Shown: positions 58,939 to 64,000 of the stretch, piece by piece
Layout of the letters: every line of letters starts with the position of its first letter
How positions within the stretch are numbered: the first letter of the stretch is position 1
NCBI GenBank assembly: GCA_963717935.1
Contig: CAVQXP010000004.1
Location: 1,568,001-1,632,000 of the forward strand
Origin: Candidatus Eiseniibacteriota bacterium
Lineage (GTDB): Bacteria > Eisenbacteria > RBG-16-71-46
Reading direction: 5' to 3'
DNA: 64,000 bases
The notes under the pieces: generated by a model
Told to the model about the DNA's origin: nothing
Seen by the model: only the letters and a program-made list of their open reading frames with translations
Database searches by the model: none
Position numbers and translations under genes: made by a program

Positions 58939-59951
58939 GCTCGCCCGGCCCCGTCCCGCCACCGCCCGGCCCCGACGGGCTCCCCACGCGTCTCGAGATG
59001 GCGGCGCGCCTCGACGACGCCGTCGGCCGCGTGAGCGCGGTCGCCCATCGCACGCCGGTCGCCACCTCGCGCACGCTCGACCGGCTCACCGGCGCGAGCG
59101 TGTTCCTCAAGTGCGAGAACCTGCAGCGCATGGGGGCGTTCAAGTTCCGCGGGGCCTACAACACCATCTCGCGGCTCGCGCCCGAAGCGCTGAAGCGCGG
59201 CGTGATCGCCTACTCGTCGGGCAACCACGCGCAGGCCGTCGCGCTGGTCGCGCGCATGCTCGAGGCCCCGGCGGTGATCGTGATGCCGAGCCACGCGCCG
59301 CGGCCGAAGCTCGAGGCCACTCGCGGCTATGGCGCCGAGGTCGTCTTCTACGACGTGCTGGGCAAGGAGCGCGAGGCCCTGGCTGCGCGGCTCGCCACCG
59401 AGCGCGGGCTGACCCTCATCCCGCCCTTCGACCACCCGGACATCATCGCCGGGGCGGGCACGGCCGCGGTCGAGCTGTTCGAGGACGCCGGGCCGATGGA
59501 CCTGCTGCTGGTGCCGGTCGGAGGTGGCGGGCTCATCTCGGGCTCGGCGCTGGCCGCGGATCTGAGGTGCGGCGAACGCTGCCGCGTGATCGGCGTGGAG
59601 CCCGAGGCGGGCGACGACGCCTGTCGCTCGTTCCGCGAGGGCCGGATCGTGCGCATCGAGCCGCCCGTGACCATCGCCGACGGCGCGCGCACGCCGTGCG
59701 TGGGGCCGCTCACCTTCGAGATGATGCGCCGCCACGTGGACGAGATGACGAGCGTCCCCGACGCGGCGCTGATCGAGACCCTGCGCTTCGTCTGGGAGCG
59801 CATGAAGCTCGTGGTCGAGCCGACCGGGGTGCTGGGCCTGGCCGCGCTGCTCACCGGCCAGGTGCGCGCCGAGGGCAAGCGCGTGGGCGTCATCCTCTCG
59901 GGCGGGAACGTCGAGCTGGCGCGGGCCGCGGACTGGTTCGCGGCAGGCTGA
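58935..59951 (+). CDS. PLP-dependent Thr/Ser dehydratase family (threo-3-hydroxyaspartate ammonia-lyase/serine racemase-like)
   Basis: LKCENLQRMGAFKFRGAYN, YSSGNHAQAVA, PPFDH, VGGGGL, TIADG, VVEPTG, ILSGGN; no ACT domain. Confidence 0.88.
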   Translation: MSSPGPVPPPPGPDGLPTRLEMAARLDDAVGRVSAVAHRTPVATSRTLDRLTGASVFLKCENLQRMGAFKFRGAYNTISRLAPEALKRGVIAYSSGNHAQAVALVARMLEAPAVIVMPSHAPRPKLEATRGYGAEVVFYDVLGKEREALAARLATERGLTLIPPFDHPDIIAGAGTAAVELFEDAGPMDLLLVPVGGGGLISGSALAADLRCGERCRVIGVEPEAGDDACRSFREGRIVRIEPPVTIADGARTPCVGPLTFEMMRRHVDEMTSVPDAALIETLRFVWERMKLVVEPTGVLGLAALLTGQVRAEGKRVGVILSGGNVELARAADWFAAG

Positions 59952-59999
59952 GCGCGGCGCCGGCCTGCGGGCCAGGACTTCGAGGACGAAGGTCCGCCG

Positions 60000-61193
60000 C
60001 TACTTGATCCCCGCCTTGGCCAGCGCCTCGCGCAGGACCTCCTCCTCGCGCACGCCCTGGAAGTACGAGCTGATCTTGCCATCCTTGCCGATCACGACCA
60101 ACGTCGGGATGGCATCGGCCTGGTAGAGCCGCGCGGCCTCGCCCTTCGGGTCGAGCAGGATGGGCATGGTGTAGGGGTTCCTGGCGAGGAAGGCCTTCAC
60201 GGTGGCGGGATCCTCGGCGTAGTTGACGCCGAAGACCACCAGGCCCTTGGCCTTGAACTCCTTGTGGAGCGTCTCGACGCGCGGCATCTCGACGCGGCAC
60301 GGCCGGCACCAGGTGGCCCAGAAGTCGAGCAGCACGACCTTGCCCTTGTAGGAGGCGAGCGAGACGGTGCTGCCCTTGACGCCCTTGAGCGTGAACGGCG
60401 GCGCGGGCTGGCCGATCAGCGGGGACGGGGTCTCGGGGGGAGCCTGCGGGCCGAACGTCTGAACGAGCTTCGCGTCCGGCGGAGGGGTGAAGACGAAGAG
60501 CGAGTCGGGCAGTGCCTCGTTCACGCGGCCGAGCGCGAAGCTCGTGACCTGGTCCATCACCAGGCCCGCGCCGGTCGCCGGGTTGCGCATGCTGATGCTC
60601 GTGCTGTCGCGCAGCACCAGCGCGCGGGCCTTCTCCACCCAGAAGGTGGCGATGGCGCGCGCGGAGCTGTCGGCGGCGAGCGCCTGGGGCGGCGTCATGT
60701 CGCAGCGCACCACCCAGCAGTCGGCGGGCGTGCCGCCGACCGTGAGCCGCTGCTCGCCCGTGAGTTCGGCGGTCTTGAGGCCGTGGAGCAGATCGAAGTA
60801 GCGCGTGAGCGGCGAGTTCTGCGGCGGCTTCGGCATGCGGGTGCTGTCCGGCGCGGCTTCCACCGGATTCTGCGTGTACTGGTTGAGCGAGTAGACGTAG
60901 GTCGAGAGCTGCCTGCCGTCCGAGACGGCCAGCCCGCCCATCTGGGGATGGCGGATGTCCACCCGCAGGCGTCCCGCGCGGTCGGCCGCCACGTCCAGCG
61001 GCACGTCCGCGGTCTGGTCCACGCCAGCGCCGCTCATGCGGATGCTCATCACGCCCTCGAAGTGGTAGGTCGCGAGGGCGCGATAGGCATCGCTCACCTT
61101 CTGGAGCAGGGCGCGCGCGTCGGGCGCCGGCTCGGCCCGCACCGGGCCGGCGAGAGTGAGGGCGAGCACCGCGGCCAGGATGGGCTTGAACAT
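60000..61193 (-). CDS. Exported protein with an N-terminal LolA-like/DUF2092 domain and C-terminal TlpA-type thioredoxin
   Basis: Signal peptide; VSDG...TY....NQY and FVFTPPPDAK; APPFTL, GKVVLLDFWATWCRPC..EMP, IPT.VVI..DG. Confidence 0.82.
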   Translation of the reverse strand: MFKPILAAVLALTLAGPVRAEPAPDARALLQKVSDAYRALATYHFEGVMSIRMSGAGVDQTADVPLDVAADRAGRLRVDIRHPQMGGLAVSDGRQLSTYVYSLNQYTQNPVEAAPDSTRMPKPPQNSPLTRYFDLLHGLKTAELTGEQRLTVGGTPADCWVVRCDMTPPQALAADSSARAIATFWVEKARALVLRDSTSISMRNPATGAGLVMDQVTSFALGRVNEALPDSLFVFTPPPDAKLVQTFGPQAPPETPSPLIGQPAPPFTLKGVKGSTVSLASYKGKVVLLDFWATWCRPCRVEMPRVETLHKEFKAKGLVVFGVNYAEDPATVKAFLARNPYTMPILLDPKGEAARLYQADAIPTLVVIGKDGKISSYFQGVREEEVLREALAKAGIK

Positions 61194-61331
61194 GGAGGCA
61201 TTCCTTTGGGCTGAGGTCGGTCGGGCGGCAGATGTGGCGGAGAAGAGTACCCCGCGGGAGCGGGGCGCGTCCAAGGGGGTGTGGAGCGCTGCGGGTCCGC
61301 CTCCGGGGTGCTCCGCGCCCGCGCGCGCGGG

Positions 61332-62974
61332 TCAGGCCCCCGCGAGCCTGGCGAGCGCGGCCGCGACGCCGCGCTCGAGGTGCAGCCGCACGAGCCGCCG
61401 GCCGCGCTTGGCCAGCACCTCGTAGTCCCCGGCGGCCTGCGCGCGGCGCAGCATGCCGAAGCTGTACGGTTCGCCCGGGATCGGGACGTCCGGGCCCTCG
61501 TCCGCGGTGATCTGCAGGAAGAGGCCACGGTCGGGCCCGCCCTTGTGCAACTGGCCGGTCGAGTGCAGGAAGCGCGGGCCGATGCCGAGCGTGGTCGCGA
61601 GCCCGGAGCGCCCGCCCGCCGCCACGCGCAGGCGCTGGAGCGCCTGGTCCACCGCGGGCGTGACGTGCAGGTAGGCGAGCAGCGCGAGGTAGTCGCCCGG
61701 GCGCGCCAGCGACAGGAGTGCCGCGAGCGCCGCACCGGGCTCGCAGGCCCCCGCCTCGCGCAACGCACGCTCGGCCGGGCCCGCCGCGTGGAGGCTCCAG
61801 CCGTCGCCGTGTGCCAGCGGCACCTCCGCGGGGAAGCGGCCCCCGGCGAGCGCGCGGTCGAGCACGGCCTGGGTCGCCTGCTTGGCTTCGGAGACGTTGG
61901 GCTCGTCGAAGGGGTCCACGCCCAGCACCGCGGCCGCGGTCGCGGTGGCGATCTCCCAGCGCAGGAAGGCCGCGCCCAGGTCGCGCGGTGCATCGAGGTC
62001 GAGCAGCCAGGCGGGGCCGTCGCGATGCGCGATCGGCCGGCCCAGGCCGGGGTCGAGGTCGGGGGTCGCGACGAAGGCGCGGTCCGGGCGGGCGAGTACG
62101 GCGGGGCCGGGCGCCTCGCCGTCCACGGGCACGACGCCGTGGCCGTCCTTGCCCGTGCTCTCGGCGACCAGTTGCTCGACCCAGGCGCCGAACGGTGCCC
62201 AACGGGGGCCGAAGGCGAGCGTGAGCTTGTCCTGGCCGGCGAGTGCCGCCTCGCCCACCGCGGCGCCGAAGGCCACGCCCGCGCCGCCGGCCGTGTCGCG
62301 CCGGGCTTCGTCCAGCTCGCGCGCCGCGCTCTCGAGCAGTGCGGCGGGGCTCGCGCCGATGAGCGCGGTGGGCACCAGCCCGAAGAGCGAGAGCGCGGAG
62401 TAGCGTCCGCCCACGTCGGGCGGGTTCAGGAACACCCTGCGGTAGCCGCGCTCGGCGGCGCGCCGCGCCAGCGGGCTCCCGGGGTCGGTGATGGCGACGA
62501 AGGCGCGGCCGGCATCGGCCCCGCGCGCCGCGCGCGTCCACTCGAAGAAGTACTTCTCGAAGGAGGCGACCTCGATGGTGCCGCCCGATTTCGAGGAGAC
62601 CAGGAAGAGCGTGTGCCGGGGATCGTGCGCAACCGCGACGGCGCGCACCGCGGCGGGGGAGGTGTTGTCGAGCACCGTGAGGTCGAGGAACCCGGGTGCC
62701 ACGCCGAGCATGCGCCGCAGGACCTCGGGCGCGAGGCTCGAGCCGCCCATGCCGAGGAGCACGGCGTGGGTGAAGCCGTCGGCCCGGACCTCGGCCGCGA
62801 AGGCCTCGAGCCCCGCGACCTCGCCGCGCATGCCCGCGGGCAGGTCGAGCCAGCCCAGGCGGTTCGCCGCGACCTTCTGATGCGCGGCCTCCGCGCTCCA
62901 GAGCGTTCGGCGTCCTTCCGCCAGAGCCGGGCGGCGAACTCCCCGCGCCGCGCGCTGTCCCAGCCCGCGCCCAC
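61332..62974 (-). CDS. pgi: Glucose-6-phosphate isomerase (tal-associated type); frameshift near 62907
   Basis: RLW..D..LW, NRLGWL, LLGMGGSSL, SSKSGGTIE, AITDPGS, GGRYSALS, EQLVAESTGK, PFDEPNV, GPRFLHSTGQLHKGG. Confidence 0.88.
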
Positions 62975-62975
62975 G

Positions 62976-64000
62976 CTAGCCCGCCATCCGCGCGCGTTTC
63001 TCCTCGAGCGTGGCGAGCAGGGACTCGAACGACTTCACGAACGCCGTGACACCTTCCTCCTCGAGCTGGCCGATGAGGCCGTCCACCGGCACGCCCAGCT
63101 CGGGCAGGCGCCGGAACAGCGCGCGGGCCTCGTTCACGTCGCGCAGCAGCCGCGGGTCGAGCACGCCGTGGTCGTTGTAGGCCGCCAGCGTCCCGGGCGG
63201 GATCGTATTCACCGTGTCGGGGCCGATCAGCTCGTCCACGTAGAGCGTGTCGCGGTAGGCCGGGTTCTTGGTGCTGGTCGAGGCCCAGAGCGGGCGCTGC
63301 ACCCGCGCGCCGCGCGCGGCGAGCGCGTGGAAGCGCGGCGCATCGAAGACCTCGCGGAAGCGCGCGTAGGCCAGCTTCGCGTTGGCGACCGCGGCCTGGC
63401 CCCGCAGGTCCGCGAGCTCGACGTGCTCGACCGAGTCCGCGGGCAGCGTGGCCAGGCGCTGCTCGATCGCGGCGTCCACCTTGCTGTCCACGCGCGAGAC
63501 GAAGAACGAGGCCACCGAGACGACCGGCTCGAGCGGCTGGCGCCGGGCCGCGCGCGACTCGAGCCCGGAGAGATAGGCGTCCATCACCTGCTCGTAGCGC
63601 GCGAGCGAGAAGATGAGCGTGACGTTCACGCAGGTGCCCTCGTCGATCAGCGTGCGGGCCGCCGGCAGGCCCTCGGCCGTGGCGGGCACCTTGATCATCA
63701 CGTTCGCGCGGGCCACCGCGGTCCGGAGCCGGCGCGCCTCCTCGACCGTGCCGTCGGTGTCGTGCGCGAGCCGCGGGTTGACCTCGATGCTCACCCGGCC
63801 GTCGAGCCCGCCGCTCCTCTCGAACACCGGCAGGAGCGCGTCGCAGGCGGCCTGCACGTCCTCGACGGCGATCGACTCGTAGAGCGGCACGCCCGCGAGG
63901 CTGCGGGCGAGCCGCTCGCGGATGGCCGCGTCGTAGTCGGTGCCCTGGCCGATGGCCTGCTGGAAGATGGTCGGGTTCGAGGTCACGCCGACGACGCCCT
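62976..64000 (-). CDS. tal: Transaldolase, 5' truncated by window edge
   Basis: GVTSNPTIF, RVSIEVNP, VMIKVPAT.EG, VNVTLIFS, SVASFFVSRVD, RPLWASTSTKNP. Confidence 0.95.
   Translation of the reverse strand, partial: GVVGVTSNPTIFQQAIGQGTDYDAAIRERLARSLAGVPLYESIAVEDVQAACDALLPVFERSGGLDGRVSIEVNPRLAHDTDGTVEEARRLRTAVARANVMIKVPATAEGLPAARTLIDEGTCVNVTLIFSLARYEQVMDAYLSGLESRAARRQPLEPVVSVASFFVSRVDSKVDAAIEQRLATLPADSVEHVELADLRGQAAVANAKLAYARFREVFDAPRFHALAARGARVQRPLWASTSTKNPAYRDTLYVDELIGPDTVNTIPPGTLAAYNDHGVLDPRLLRDVNEARALFRRLPELGVPVDGLIGQLEEEGVTAFVKSFESLLATLEEKRARMAG

Noticed and set aside
57465..59951. 828-aa ORF suggesting a fused dehydratase
   Set aside because: The first ~490 codons are an alternate frame of fumC; the dehydratase starts at the ATGA overlap at 58935.

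Overview
A very GC-rich bacterial chromosomal segment. A secreted nuclease with a Por/T9SS-like or FlgD-like C-terminal sorting domain hints at an FCB-related lineage such as Ca. Eisenbacteria; this is inference. Left to right: (1) the end of a MacAB-type ABC exporter operon with two permeases; (2) mobA divergent from a polysulfide/thiosulfate reductase-type operon (psrABC-like, two YeeE/YedE half-transporters, and an unusual Cys-less rhodanese with a C-terminal Cys tail); (3) a DUF2779 double-nuclease and a secreted S1/P1 nuclease; (4) osmC and a selenium-dependent molybdenum hydroxylase cluster (ygfM, xdhD, amidohydrolase, mocA, yqeB, yqeC); (5) tRNA-Cys followed by a 1.76 kb islet bounded by a 29 bp duplicate of the tRNA 3' end; (6) a patchwork stress/envelope region with nitrilase+GNAT, mscS, UPF0182, an M23 peptidase and nhaP (these four bracketed by a diverged ~137 bp direct repeat), an ~8.6 kb cyclic beta-1,2-glucan synthase, small stress-type membrane proteins, an orphan IS2-like OrfA, a GG-motif substrate/C39 peptidase/TPR lipoprotein operon, AsmA, a cold-shock protein and an NMO/FabX-like flavoprotein; (7) a housekeeping-like tail with a NYN protein, a hybrid histidine kinase, an MFS transporter, a small basic HTH protein, osmC, fumC, a PLP dehydratase, a LolA-like/TlpA fusion, pgi and tal. 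Several genes carry small frameshifts (mostly single-base insertions) that look like sequencing or assembly errors. No CRISPR array, rRNA or integrase was seen. All family calls come from motif recognition by eye, not database searches.
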